From positions 14,598 through 78,597 of the forward strand of contig JAHJSM010000002.1 in assembly GCA_018830295.1 (NCBI GenBank): a DNA stretch of 64,000 bases. The letters are read 5' to 3'. The stretch is from Patescibacteria group bacterium (GTDB taxonomy: Bacteria; Patescibacteriota; Minisyncoccia; Portnoybacterales; UBA2143). Position 1 is the stretch's first letter; every line of letters starts with the position of its first letter. Below are positions 29,139 through 38,081 of the stretch, one piece after another. A program made the translations under genes and the position numbers. Below the pieces are notes generated by a model, which saw only the letters and a list, made by a program, of their open reading frames with translations, made no database searches and had not been told where the DNA came from.

Positions 29139-29857
29139 TTTTTTTGAAAGGCCTTGATAATTGGTTTCAGGTCGCCTTCTATGATTTTTTCCAAATTATG
29201 CCAGGATTTATTAATGCGATGGTCGGTGACGCGGTTTTGGGGGAAGTTGTAGGTGCGGATTTTTTCGGCTCGCATCGCGGAACCGATTTGCTCGCGTCGT
29301 TCGGCGCTTTCCTTTGCCATTTCTTCTGATTGCTTTTTCGCCAAAAGGCGAGCCCGCAAAACATTCATTGCTATTTCTTTGTTGTGTTGTTGAGACCTTC
29401 CTTCTTGGCAGTTAACCATAATACCTGTCGGCTTGTGGATAATTCTGACGGCGGATTCGGTTTTATTGACATGCTGTCCGCCTGGTCCCGAGGAACGCAG
29501 AACATCAATCCTTAAATCGCGCGGGTCAATTTTTAATTCTGTTTCGGCGACTTCGGGCATAATAGCGACCGAAGCAGTTGAGGTGTGAATTCTTCCCGAT
29601 TTTTCCGTGGTCGGAATTCGCTGGACGCGATGAACGCCAGCTTCTTGCTTAAGTTTATCATACACATCATCGCCCTTTATTCCAAAAATGATTTCGCGGC
29701 AGCCGCCTGCTTCTTTAATGTGTCTTTCAATTAAATTGGTTTTCCAACCTTGTTTTTCCGCGAAACGGGAATACATCCGAAAAAGATCGGACGCGAAAAA
29801 CGCCGCTTCCTCTCCGCCGGCGCCAGCTCTGATTTCAATGATGATGCCTTTGCTCAT
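29135..29857 (-). CDS. prfA: Peptide chain release factor 1, lacking N-terminal domain 1
   Basis: EIRAGAGG, HRVQRIPTTE (PxT), GGQ, IRTYNFPQNRVTDHR; follows rpmE. Confidence 0.85.
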   Translation of the reverse strand: MSKGIIIEIRAGAGGEEAAFFASDLFRMYSRFAEKQGWKTNLIERHIKEAGGCREIIFGIKGDDVYDKLKQEAGVHRVQRIPTTEKSGRIHTSTASVAIMPEVAETELKIDPRDLRIDVLRSSGPGGQHVNKTESAVRIIHKPTGIMVNCQEGRSQQHNKEIAMNVLRARLLAKKQSEEMAKESAERREQIGSAMRAEKIRTYNFPQNRVTDHRINKSWHNLEKIIEGDLKPIIKAFQKK

Positions 29858-29860
29858 TTT

Positions 29861-30091
29861 TTATTTTTTGAGTTTGAGTCCTGCTTTCTTATCCTTTTGG
29901 GCCATTCTTTGTTTGAATTTTTCTATTTGGCCTGTTTCAATGACTCGTTCTTTGCCTGTATAGAAAGGATGACAAGCGGAACAGATTTCCACTTCCATTT
30001 CAGGAACAGTTGAGCCAAATTCAAACTTAGCGCCGCAAACGCATTTGACTTTTGCTTTGGGATAATATTTAGGATGTATATCTTTTTTCAT
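29861..30091 (-). CDS. rpmE: 50S ribosomal protein L31
   Basis: [19 protein letters not shown]. Confidence 0.96.
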   Translation of the reverse strand: MKKDIHPKYYPKAKVKCVCGAKFEFGSTVPEMEVEICSACHPFYTGKERVIETGQIEKFKQRMAQKDKKAGLKLKK

Positions 30092-30228
30092 ATTACGGGT
30101 AATATATCAGATAAAGATGGATTGAGCAAGAGCTGAGGACGGGAGCAAGTGCTTGCCTTAATTTTAAATTATGATATACTTTCCGCAGGCCTCTTATAAA
30201 AAAACTTCAAAAGGGGGTTGTTAAATTT

Positions 30229-30966
30229 ATGAAAAAAAAGATTGTAAAAAAGATTGTTGAGAAAAAAGTTGTTAAGGTGACCGACAAGACGGTCAAAAGC
30301 GCTCTTCCGAGTTTGGAAGATATGCTTGGCGCGGGAGTCCATTTCGGTCATCGGGCGTCCAAGTGGAATCCAAAAATGAAGCCGTATGTTTTTACTACTC
30401 GCAGCAATGTTCACATTATTGATTTAGAAAAGACGGCGGCGAAGTTTGAGAAGGCATTGGAATTTTTGCGCCAAATCAAAAAGCAAAATGGAACGATTAT
30501 TTTCGTCGGAACAAAAATCGCCGCGAAAGATATTGTTAAAAAGACGGCCGAGGAATGCGCGATGCCTTTCGTGACGGAAAGATGGATCGGGGGAACGCTG
30601 ACTAACTTTAAGGTTATTTCAAAACGACTCAAGCATTACCGTGATTTAGAAAATGACCAGAAAACAGGGGAGTTGAAAAAATACACCAAGAAAGAACAGC
30701 ATGATTTCGGAGTTCAATTACAACGGCTTGACCTGCAGTTTGGCGGCATCAAAAATTTAACCAAAATGCCAGACGCGCTTTTGATTATTGACACCCACAA
30801 AGAGCAATTAGCGTTAAAAGAAGCGAGGGCGAAGGGGATTTTGACGGTTGGATTGTGTGACACAGACGCCGATCCAACGCTGGTGGATTATCCAATTCCC
30901 GCGAACGATGACGCGATTTCGTCTTTGAAATTAATTTTAGGCGCGATCGAGAAGGTCTTAAAATAA
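30229..30966 (+). CDS. rpsB: 30S ribosomal protein S2
   Basis: AGVHFGH..WNPKM, RWIGGTLTN, IPANDDA. Confidence 0.97.
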   Translation: MKKKIVKKIVEKKVVKVTDKTVKSALPSLEDMLGAGVHFGHRASKWNPKMKPYVFTTRSNVHIIDLEKTAAKFEKALEFLRQIKKQNGTIIFVGTKIAAKDIVKKTAEECAMPFVTERWIGGTLTNFKVISKRLKHYRDLENDQKTGELKKYTKKEQHDFGVQLQRLDLQFGGIKNLTKMPDALLIIDTHKEQLALKEARAKGILTVGLCDTDADPTLVDYPIPANDDAISSLKLILGAIEKVLK

Positions 30967-30970
30967 AACT

Positions 30971-31420
30971 ATGATTTCAATGGAACAAATTAAACAATTG
31001 CGCGAAGAAACCAATGTTTCTGTTATGGAGTGCAAGAACGCCTTAGAAGAGGCGGGCGGCGACATGAAAAAAGCGCTGGAGATTTTGAAAGAAAAAGGCA
31101 AAGCAAAAGCGTTAAAGAAGGCGGGTCGGGAAGCGAAACAAGGTTTAGTTGAAGCGTATATTCACAACAATGGCAAAATCGGCGTTGTTTTGGAGTTAAA
31201 CTGCGAAACAGATTTTGTCGCTAGAAACGAGGACTTTAAAGCGCTGGCGCACGATATTGCGATGCATATCGCGGCGATTGCCCCAAAAGACAAGGAGGAA
31301 CTTTTACAGCAACCCTTTATTAAGGACGAAAAGCAAAAAATTGAGGACTTGATAAATGGCGCGATTGCTAAATTGGGAGAAAATATTAGAATAGGGGAAT
31401 TTTCAAGGTTGGAGATATAA
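30971..31420 (+). CDS. tsf: Elongation factor Ts (short form)
   Basis: IKQLREET..MECKNAL, ELNCETDFVA; follows rpsB. Confidence 0.95.
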   Translation: MISMEQIKQLREETNVSVMECKNALEEAGGDMKKALEILKEKGKAKALKKAGREAKQGLVEAYIHNNGKIGVVLELNCETDFVARNEDFKALAHDIAMHIAAIAPKDKEELLQQPFIKDEKQKIEDLINGAIAKLGENIRIGEFSRLEI

Positions 31421-31428
31421 TTTTCGTT

Positions 31429-32121
31429 ATGCTCACAATTATTCTTTATTTTCTCATTACTTTTAGTTTAATTGGTTTAGGGGTTATTCTTTACCGTAAA
31501 ATCCCTGTTTTGGCGAATCTTTCAGAGGAGGAGATTATGATTTTGTCCAGAAAGAAGGGAGTAATTGAACGATTTCGGGGGATAGATTATAAACAGCATG
31601 GATTTAATTTGATGATTTTTTTAGAAAAACTTTTAAGGCGAATCAAAATCGTGTTTTTGAAAATAGAAAATTTGCTTAACAAATGGATTAAGGGATTGAG
31701 GACGCAGTCGCAAATTATGGCCCAGAAGTCCAAAGAGTGGATCAGGCAAAGAGAGATGAAGCGGAGAGAAAAGCAAACGGTTTCGTCCGACAAGACAAAC
31801 GATGAGGTTTCTATTAGAATAAACGATAAAAAAGAAGACGATTCGCAGTTTGAGAAGAAAATGGACGAAATGGCTCTTGATGATTTAAAAAAACCGATTA
31901 AGGAAGAGCAAAAATGGATTGACCTGATTATTGAAAATCCTAAAAATATTACCGCGTATAAGTTTTTGGGATTGTTCTATTGGAAACAGCACAATCACGC
32001 CGATGCGAAAGCGTCGTTGGAGATGGCGGTCAAGTTGGGCTCCAAGGACAAAAAAGTAAAAGAAATTTTAAGGGAGATGAAAGAGGCGGAGGAAGAATCG
32101 GCCCATGTAGCTCAGGGGTAG
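31429..32121 (+). CDS. Membrane-anchored protein with C-terminal TPR-like repeat
   Basis: N-terminal TM; NPKNITAYKFLG.FY; stop codon lies inside tRNA-Thr. Confidence 0.7.
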   Translation: MLTIILYFLITFSLIGLGVILYRKIPVLANLSEEEIMILSRKKGVIERFRGIDYKQHGFNLMIFLEKLLRRIKIVFLKIENLLNKWIKGLRTQSQIMAQKSKEWIRQREMKRREKQTVSSDKTNDEVSIRINDKKEDDSQFEKKMDEMALDDLKKPIKEEQKWIDLIIENPKNITAYKFLGLFYWKQHNHADAKASLEMAVKLGSKDKKVKEILREMKEAEEESAHVAQG

Positions 32122-32172
32122 AGCAACTGTTTTGTAAACAGTCGGTCGGCGGTTCGAATCCGTCCATGGGCT
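32101..32172 (+). tRNA. tRNA-Thr(UGU)
   Basis: GCCCATG/CATGGGC acceptor; ACTGT-TTTGTAA-ACAGT; GGTTCGAATCC. Confidence 0.93.
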
Positions 32173-32180
32173 CTGGGTTC

Positions 32181-32253
32181 CCAGCGGTGGCAGAACGGTT
32201 TATGCGCTGGTCTGTAAAACCAGTTTAAGTAGGTTCGACCCCTACCCGCTGGA
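32181..32253 (+). tRNA. tRNA-Tyr(GUA), archaeal-type (C1:G72, A73, short variable loop)
   Basis: CCAGCGG/CCGCTGG-A; CTGGT-CTGTAAA-ACCAG; 5-nt variable loop; GTAGG-TTCGACC-CCTAC. Confidence 0.9.
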
Positions 32254-32262
32254 CAGGATAAA

Positions 32263-33390
32263 ATGAATACAGAAGAAAAAACAAAACTTATTTCCCGCTT
32301 TACGGAAGAGGTTATGACGCCGGATGATTTGGCGGAACTTCTGTCTAAGAATGTTTCTCTTAATCACTACATCGGATTTGAAATTTCCGGAAAAATCCAC
32401 CTTGGGACGGGTTTAATGTGCATGCAGAAAGTTAAAGATTTCCATGACGCGGGCGTAAAGTGCCATATTTTTTTGGCTGACTGGCATACTTGGATTAACG
32501 ACAAACTTGGCGGGGACAGAGAGGCGATCGGAAGAGTCGCGGTTGGATATTTTAAGGAAGGAATGAGCGCCGCTTATGAATGTCTTGGCGGCAATCCTGA
32601 AGATTTGAATTTTATTCTTGGCTCGGAATTGTATCACGGCAATGATGATTATTGGAAGACGATGATTGAAGTGAGCAAACACACGAGTTTGAGCAGAATG
32701 CAAAGGAGTATTGACATTTTAGGGCGGAAAGAAGGACAGGCGGTTGATTTCGCTAAATTGATTTATCCAGCAATGCAGGTGGCTGATATTTTCGCGATGC
32801 AGATTCATTTTCCGCACGCCGGGTCGGACCAAAGAAAGGCGCAAGTAATCGCGCGCGATGTCGCGAAAAAACTGACAATTATGCCGCTTAAGGCGGGGGA
32901 AGAAATCGTTAAGCCGGCGGCTGTCCATCATCATTTAATTTTAGGACTGCAAAAGCCAGCGATTTGGCCCATTCCTTCGGAAATTGACAAGCATGAACTT
33001 TGGTCATCAATGAAAATGAGCAAATCAAAGCCCGATAGCGCCGTTTTTATTCACGATTCCGAGGATGAGATAAAACGAAAAGTCATGAAGGCCTTTTGCC
33101 CAGAAAAGGAAACTGACTTCAATCCGATTATTGATTGGGCGGAATATTTGATTTTTACGCGAGAAAAGAGTATAACCATAAGGCGAGAGGAAGCGCATGG
33201 AGGGAATTTGGAAATTAAAGATATTGAAGAATTAAAAGAACTTTTCCAAAAAGGCGAACTTCACCCCCAAGACCTCAAAAAATTTGTCGCGGAATATTTA
33301 TCTGATTTGCTCAAGCCAATCAGAGACCGCTTCAGCAAAGGCAAGCCAAAAGAAATGCTGGAGGAATTAGAAACAGTTTTGAAGGGGTAA
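32263..33390 (+). CDS. tyrS: Tyrosine--tRNA ligase, archaeal type
   Basis: YIGFEISGKIHLG, LADWH, YPAMQVADI, DQRK, KMSKS, LHPQDLK; no S4 domain. Confidence 0.9.
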   Translation: MNTEEKTKLISRFTEEVMTPDDLAELLSKNVSLNHYIGFEISGKIHLGTGLMCMQKVKDFHDAGVKCHIFLADWHTWINDKLGGDREAIGRVAVGYFKEGMSAAYECLGGNPEDLNFILGSELYHGNDDYWKTMIEVSKHTSLSRMQRSIDILGRKEGQAVDFAKLIYPAMQVADIFAMQIHFPHAGSDQRKAQVIARDVAKKLTIMPLKAGEEIVKPAAVHHHLILGLQKPAIWPIPSEIDKHELWSSMKMSKSKPDSAVFIHDSEDEIKRKVMKAFCPEKETDFNPIIDWAEYLIFTREKSITIRREEAHGGNLEIKDIEELKELFQKGELHPQDLKKFVAEYLSDLLKPIRDRFSKGKPKEMLEELETVLKG

Positions 33391-33399
33391 TTTAATAAT

Positions 33400-33987
33400 A
33401 TGATAAACGAGCAGAAATTAAAAAAATTATACGCGGACGGATTGTCTATGCAAGAAATATCGGAGAAAATGGATTGGGGATACAAAAAGGTAGTTTATTG
33501 GATGAGCAAGTATGGTATTTTAAGAAGAACAAGAAGCGAAGCCACTTATGTAAAGAAAAATCCAAACGGAGATCCTTTTAAAATTAAACAAAAATTAAGT
33601 TTGAGAGAAAAAGAATTAAAGAGCATGGGGTTAGGATTGTATTGGGGCGAGGGGGACAAAAGCGATTATTCATCTGTTAGATTAGGAAATACCGATTCAC
33701 GATTGATTAAGAAATTTATAGAGTTTTTAATTCAAATATGCGGCGTTAAGAAAGAAAAACTAAAGTATGAACTCCAAATATTTAATGATGCTGACCAGCA
33801 AAAGGCGATTAAATTTTGGATGAAAGAATTAGGAATAAGAAAAGATGATTTTACACAAATAATCAATCATCCACCAAGAGGGGATGGCACATACAGAAAT
33901 AAAAATCAAACGGGTGTCTTAATAGTTTATTGCCACAATAAAAAACTTAAGAAAGAGATTATAAAAATGTTAGAACAAGTATTGTAG
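33400..33987 (+). CDS. HTH plus single LAGLIDADG-like domain protein
   Basis: LSMQEISEKM HTH; GLGLYWGEGDK..LGNTDSRLI motif; ends 16 nt before intron-containing tRNA. Confidence 0.6.
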   Translation: MINEQKLKKLYADGLSMQEISEKMDWGYKKVVYWMSKYGILRRTRSEATYVKKNPNGDPFKIKQKLSLREKELKSMGLGLYWGEGDKSDYSSVRLGNTDSRLIKKFIEFLIQICGVKKEKLKYELQIFNDADQQKAIKFWMKELGIRKDDFTQIINHPPRGDGTYRNKNQTGVLIVYCHNKKLKKEIIKMLEQVL

Positions 33988-34003
33988 TTTAATAATTTAA
34001 TAA

Positions 34004-34289
34004 GCCGATGTAGCTCAGTTGGTAGAGCACCTCCATGGTAAATCTCAAATTTTGCCCATTTTAGCGGAAACGCTGGAATGAATCCCGAATTACGGTTAAA
34101 AGCCCAGTACAGGGTTAAGACCGTGGCGTCAATCAAAATTGATACGCCCGAACGACTGACAAGGGAAGCTAAGCTTTGACACAGTGTCAAAGTATGCTTA
34201 AGATACAGTCTATCCCTCTAATATGTGCTTATAAAAAATAGGGGCGTACGAGAAGGAGATGGTCCTCGGTTCAAATCCGAGCATCGGCT
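34004..34289 (+). tRNA. tRNA-Thr(GGU) split by an intron (exons 34004-34039 and 34253-34289)
   Basis: Joined exons give GCCGATG..CCTCC-ATGGTAA-GGAGA..GGTTCAAATCC..CATCGGC-T. Confidence 0.88.
34040..34252 (+). ncRNA. Group I intron (213 nt) at tRNA position 36/37
   Basis: Exon ends in U, intron ends in G; P1 GGU|AAA pairs with UUUGCC (U.G at splice site); P7 GACUG/CAGUC; S element AAGAUACAGUC. Confidence 0.85.
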
Positions 34290-34334
34290 CAAGGAGGAAG
34301 TTAGGCCTTCTGAGTAGTAAATAAAATAAAAAAT

Positions 34335-34493
34335 ATGCCACAAGATCACTTAATCAAATTTCAATGTGACGAGTGTAAGAGAATTAACTATTACTCGCGC
34401 AAAAATAAAAAGTCAGTTCAAAAGAAATTAGAACTGAAAAAGTTTTGTAATTGGTGTAGGAAGCATACGATTCATAAAGAGTTGAAGAAATAA
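34335..34493 (+). CDS. rpmG: 50S ribosomal protein L33 (not in ORF track)
   Basis: MPQDHLIKFQCDECKRINYYSRKNKK..LELKKFCNWCRKHTIHKE. Confidence 0.93.
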   Translation: MPQDHLIKFQCDECKRINYYSRKNKKSVQKKLELKKFCNWCRKHTIHKELKK

Positions 34494-34569
34494 GGGCGCG
34501 TCCGTTAATTGGTTAAACGGCTGGTCTCCAAAACCGGTCCTGCAGGTTCGAGTCCTGCCGCGCCTGCCA
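34494..34569 (+). tRNA. tRNA-Trp(CCA), encoded CCA end; integration target
   Basis: GGGCGCG/CGCGCCT-G-CCA; CTGGT-CTCCAAA-ACCGG; GCAGG-TTCGAGT-CCTGC. Confidence 0.92.
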
Positions 34570-36084
34570 ATGGGTCAGGTTAGAACCTTTAGTTTTATTA
34601 AGTTCTGCCACGAAATTAAAGGGTTCTTTAAGGTCAAAATTCAGTAACCCATCTCTTAGTATAAAGTTTTTGCCAACAGCCCTTAGAAGGGCTTTTTTGT
34701 CTTCAATACTGCCCTCCTCAAACACTTTATAAGCATGGTTGGTTTGGATAATTAGGTTTTCCGCATAATCATGCCACGCTTGATTGGTTTTATCATGGGC
34801 TTCCAATTTTTCTTTGGCTTCCATTTTGGCGTCTAAAATTTCTCTTTTTTTCTTGCCGTACTCTTCTTTTTCAATTAAGCCGTCAGTATAAAGATTAAGC
34901 AATCTATCTAGTCTGTCCTCGCATTTGTTAAATATATTTTGCCAATACTTAATACTATTTAAATATAATTCTTTTTCGTTATTGTGGCTTTTTTTGACAG
35001 CCGTCATTAAAAGTTCTTTAACCATGTCGCCAATAGTGATTTCCTTTATTTTCAACCTTAATTGTTTTTCAATTTCTTCTTCTCTTAAATAGGGTTGAGC
35101 ACATTTTCCTCTTTTTTGGGTGCAGTGGTAATAAACATGTCCTTTTTTCTCTTCGGCTGTAATTGAGCATCCGCAATAACTACATTTGATGATTCCTCTG
35201 AAGGCGAATTGCCAGCGTTGAGAAATGGGGCGGCTATTCTGGCGGAGGACTTCTTGGATTCGATCAAAGATTACTTTACTGATAAGCGGTTCATGATTTC
35301 CTTCGTATTGTTCGTTTTTCATAACCATCATTCCGTAGTAAAATGGATTTCGAAGTAATCGGGCTAAAACACTTTTACTAACTTTTTTATTTTTTAATTT
35401 ACCCCTTAAGTCAAGCTGGTAAGATTTTTCTGCCATTGTTTCCAAATTGAAGTTTCCGGTGGCATATTCCTCAAAAATTTTCTTAATTATCGAACCTTGG
35501 ATAGGATCAATTTCTATCCGTTTTAATACTTTGTTTTCCTTTTCTAAAAGCCGTTGTTTGTGTTTGTCATAACTTTTGCCCGCGATAACGCCTTTTCCGT
35601 CCATATTAATATATCCTATCGGCGCTAAACCTGGCCATTCCTTTTTAGTAGTTAGCTTATGCCTAAAACCTCTTTTAGTGTTAAAACTTAAATCATCAAC
35701 ATATTTTGTAGCCATGCCGAATTCAATTTGCATTAGAAATTTATCATTAACGCCTTCGTAAGTTTTTTCAGCAGTGACAATTTTTGAAATAGTGCCCTTG
35801 CCTAGCCAATAAATAATTCTGCCTCCATCAAGTTCATTTCTAGCTAGTCGGTCTAATTTCCAAGCGATGATCCCGCAATTTCCAGTTTCTATTTTTTCCA
35901 TCATTTCATTAAAAACAGGTCTGCCAATATCTTTGGCTGACCTGGATTCTTTGAATATCTCTACAATGTTTAATCCTTCCTTTTGCGCTAACTGAGTTAA
36001 TTCCCTAATTTGAGAATCAATTGAGAGTATTTGACGATCTTCCTCTTCTGAAGACTTGCGAACATAAAGAAAATATTGGTTCAT
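34513..36084 (-). CDS. Large serine recombinase (integrase); C-terminus read from antisense tRNA-Trp
   Basis: YVRKSS catalytic Ser, WKLDRLARN, recombinase domain (LRNPFYYG, HEPLIS), Zn ribbon CSYCG..YYHC, coiled coil. Confidence 0.93.
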   Translation of the reverse strand: MNQYFLYVRKSSEEEDRQILSIDSQIRELTQLAQKEGLNIVEIFKESRSAKDIGRPVFNEMMEKIETGNCGIIAWKLDRLARNELDGGRIIYWLGKGTISKIVTAEKTYEGVNDKFLMQIEFGMATKYVDDLSFNTKRGFRHKLTTKKEWPGLAPIGYINMDGKGVIAGKSYDKHKQRLLEKENKVLKRIEIDPIQGSIIKKIFEEYATGNFNLETMAEKSYQLDLRGKLKNKKVSKSVLARLLRNPFYYGMMVMKNEQYEGNHEPLISKVIFDRIQEVLRQNSRPISQRWQFAFRGIIKCSYCGCSITAEEKKGHVYYHCTQKRGKCAQPYLREEEIEKQLRLKIKEITIGDMVKELLMTAVKKSHNNEKELYLNSIKYWQNIFNKCEDRLDRLLNLYTDGLIEKEEYGKKKREILDAKMEAKEKLEAHDKTNQAWHDYAENLIIQTNHAYKVFEEGSIEDKKALLRAVGKNFILRDGLLNFDLKEPFNFVAELNKTKGSNLTHWQARQDSNLQDRFWRPAV

Positions 36085-36184
36085 GTTTGTATGTTAATAG
36101 TCATAAAGTCATACTTAAGGCAAAAAGTAGGGGATTGTTCTTTGTTTGTTTATACTCAGCGGTAACGGAGTTCTTAATTTTTAT

Positions 36185-36670
36185 TTACCAAATATTTAAG
36201 ATTTTCCAATTATTTTTGTAAGGTTTGCCAAATTCTAAATCATCTTTATTATTTCTTTGCGGGTCAAAACAACGAACGGAATTGTCTTTGCGAGGACGAC
36301 CGCCACGGCCCGGGGTTCTTAGCCATTTGCGATGTTTTTGATAAAGATATTTACAAAATGTTTTTTGAGGGAATATATAATATTCTGGTAGTTTGTTTGG
36401 CCCCAAAAGGTCTACTAAAACAACATAATGATTAATTAGTCCTGCATCTTCTTCGGTGCTTTTTGCTAAGTTCCATCCTTGATTGTTCTCAACCGACATG
36501 GTTTTGGTTTGGATTGAAATTGATTTACCATTGTCGGGGTTAGTAACCAATAAATCAACTTTAGGCGTATTTTTCAAAGTAATTGTGGCGATCAAACCCC
36601 TTTGAGATAATTCCGCAGCCACAAAATATTCTCCCGCTATTCCAACAATATTTGGGCGTTTTTTAATCAT
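36185..36670 (-). CDS. PD-(D/E)xK nuclease-like protein
   Basis: GIAGEYFVAAELSQRG, PKVDLL, IQTKT. Confidence 0.65.
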   Translation of the reverse strand: MIKKRPNIVGIAGEYFVAAELSQRGLIATITLKNTPKVDLLVTNPDNGKSISIQTKTMSVENNQGWNLAKSTEEDAGLINHYVVLVDLLGPNKLPEYYIFPQKTFCKYLYQKHRKWLRTPGRGGRPRKDNSVRCFDPQRNNKDDLEFGKPYKNNWKILNIW

Positions 36671-36675
36671 AGTTT

Positions 36676-36906
36676 TTATTTAAGTAATTTTTTAATATTT
36701 TTGAGTTGAAATTTTTGAGCTTCTTTTTGAAGTTCTTTTATTTTCTCGATAACTTTCAAGGATTTTTCATGGTCATAAAGCCGATGTTTTCCCGGCGTAT
36801 GTCCGGATGGCTTCAACAGCCCCTTTTGAGTATAAAATTTAATTTCCGAGACGGTAGACCCGACTTCTTTGGCTAATTGTCCAATTTTAATAAGTTTTTT
36901 GTTCAT
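36676..36906 (-). CDS. MerR-type HTH protein (possible regulator or directionality factor)
   Basis: IGQLAKEVG..IKFYTQKGLL.P....G.HRLY; likely start MNKK at 36906. Confidence 0.8.
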   Translation of the reverse strand: MNKKLIKIGQLAKEVGSTVSEIKFYTQKGLLKPSGHTPGKHRLYDHEKSLKVIEKIKELQKEAQKFQLKNIKKLLK

Positions 36907-36914
36907 AGATTGGC

Positions 36915-36930
36915 GTGCACCATGGTGCAC
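36915..36930. promoter_or_regulatory. Perfect 16-bp palindrome, candidate operator
   Basis: GTGCACCATGGTGCAC just upstream of the MerR-like gene. Confidence 0.5.
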
Positions 36931-37011
36931 ATTAGAATTAGGAATTACTAATTACTATTTTAGTTGAAAAAATAAAAAGGTCAAGGTTTTAGTACGGTGC
37001 GAATAATAAGG

Positions 37012-37788
37012 CTATTGAGACAACGAATCGCATTTTTGTTCTAATAATAAATATTGCTCTTTGATAGAAATAGCCTCACTGACTTTTTCCGAAGCCTCCT
37101 CTAATCTGGATTGTTGATCTTCTATTTGGCTTTTCCTTGAAACATAGAGTTTTTCAAGTTCTAAATGCCTATAAAGTTCCCCTTTACATTCAGCTGTTAG
37201 ATTTGTATAGCAGCCACTTGGGATATTTTCAAACTCGCTAGATGAAATATTAGAGAATGGAATTGGCATATTACTCCCTCGCTGACTGCGTAAAATTTCT
37301 AATTCAGTTTTGGTAGCTTCAAATTGTTCAAAATCTGGATCCCAATAATGAGTAGGGTCAATCACGGTTATATCGTCATTTTCGATTCTTTGAATTTCAG
37401 AGGTAGCCTGGTCTAAATTTTTCTGCCAGCGAGCGACTTCATTAAGTTGGTGGGATATTTCATCAAGTATGCTTTGATAACCCGAATAACCCCTATCTAA
37501 TAGATAATTTCTCGCTTCATTACATGATTGTTCCTTCAAAATAAGATTTGCTTGCTGATTAATAATATTTTGTAATTCTGAGACAGTCTGCTCTTGTTCG
37601 GTTTGTTTAGTTTCTACAACTTCCACTCGTCCAATCAAAATATCCATCTGCTCGGCTATAATTTGGACCGCCTCAGCTGGGGTCTTGCCCTGAATCAAGC
37701 TAACCACGAAAGAGCCGCCCAGCGTGACAGTAGGGAAGACTATAAGTCCGACAATGATACCAATTAAGATTTTTTGATATGTTTTCAT
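37012..37788 (-). CDS. Membrane-anchored coiled-coil hypothetical protein
   Basis: N-terminal TM, SLIQGKTPAEAVQI, heptad-rich. Confidence 0.7.
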   Translation of the reverse strand: MKTYQKILIGIIVGLIVFPTVTLGGSFVVSLIQGKTPAEAVQIIAEQMDILIGRVEVVETKQTEQEQTVSELQNIINQQANLILKEQSCNEARNYLLDRGYSGYQSILDEISHQLNEVARWQKNLDQATSEIQRIENDDITVIDPTHYWDPDFEQFEATKTELEILRSQRGSNMPIPFSNISSSEFENIPSGCYTNLTAECKGELYRHLELEKLYVSRKSQIEDQQSRLEEASEKVSEAISIKEQYLLLEQKCDSLSQ

Positions 37789-37799
37789 GAATAACTAAA

Positions 37800-38063
37800 T
37801 CAAACATTAAATTTTGTTCTACAATAAGGACAAATTTCAGCTTTTAATGAAATTCTTTTTTGGCATTTTGGGCAAACCTTCCCTCCGCTTTTACAAAATA
37901 TATAATAGAGAAAAGCAAAAAATCCAAATATTAAGCCCATAAAGAAAGCAACACCAGCGCTCCTTTCTTTTCTTTGAGCTATAAAAAAGCATATCATGCC
38001 CCAAATAACGCCAAAGATGATTATGCCTATAAAGAAAGATTCAAATATATAACTTAAAAACAT
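37800..38063 (-). CDS. Small membrane protein with zinc ribbon
   Basis: Two TM helices; CPKC..AEICPYC. Confidence 0.75.
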   Translation of the reverse strand: MFLSYIFESFFIGIIIFGVIWGMICFFIAQRKERSAGVAFFMGLIFGFFAFLYYIFCKSGGKVCPKCQKRISLKAEICPYCRTKFNV

Positions 38064-38081
38064 AATTATTTTAGTTCTTTT

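Noticed and set aside
33927-34190. Minus-strand ORF across the intron as an intron-encoded protein
   Set aside because: Antisense to the tRNA and intron; part is simply reverse-tRNA translation
34494-34569. UGA recoding (genetic code 25 or 4)
   Set aside because: tRNA-Trp anticodon is CCA and several genes end at TGA under code 11 (e.g. uppP, pcm)
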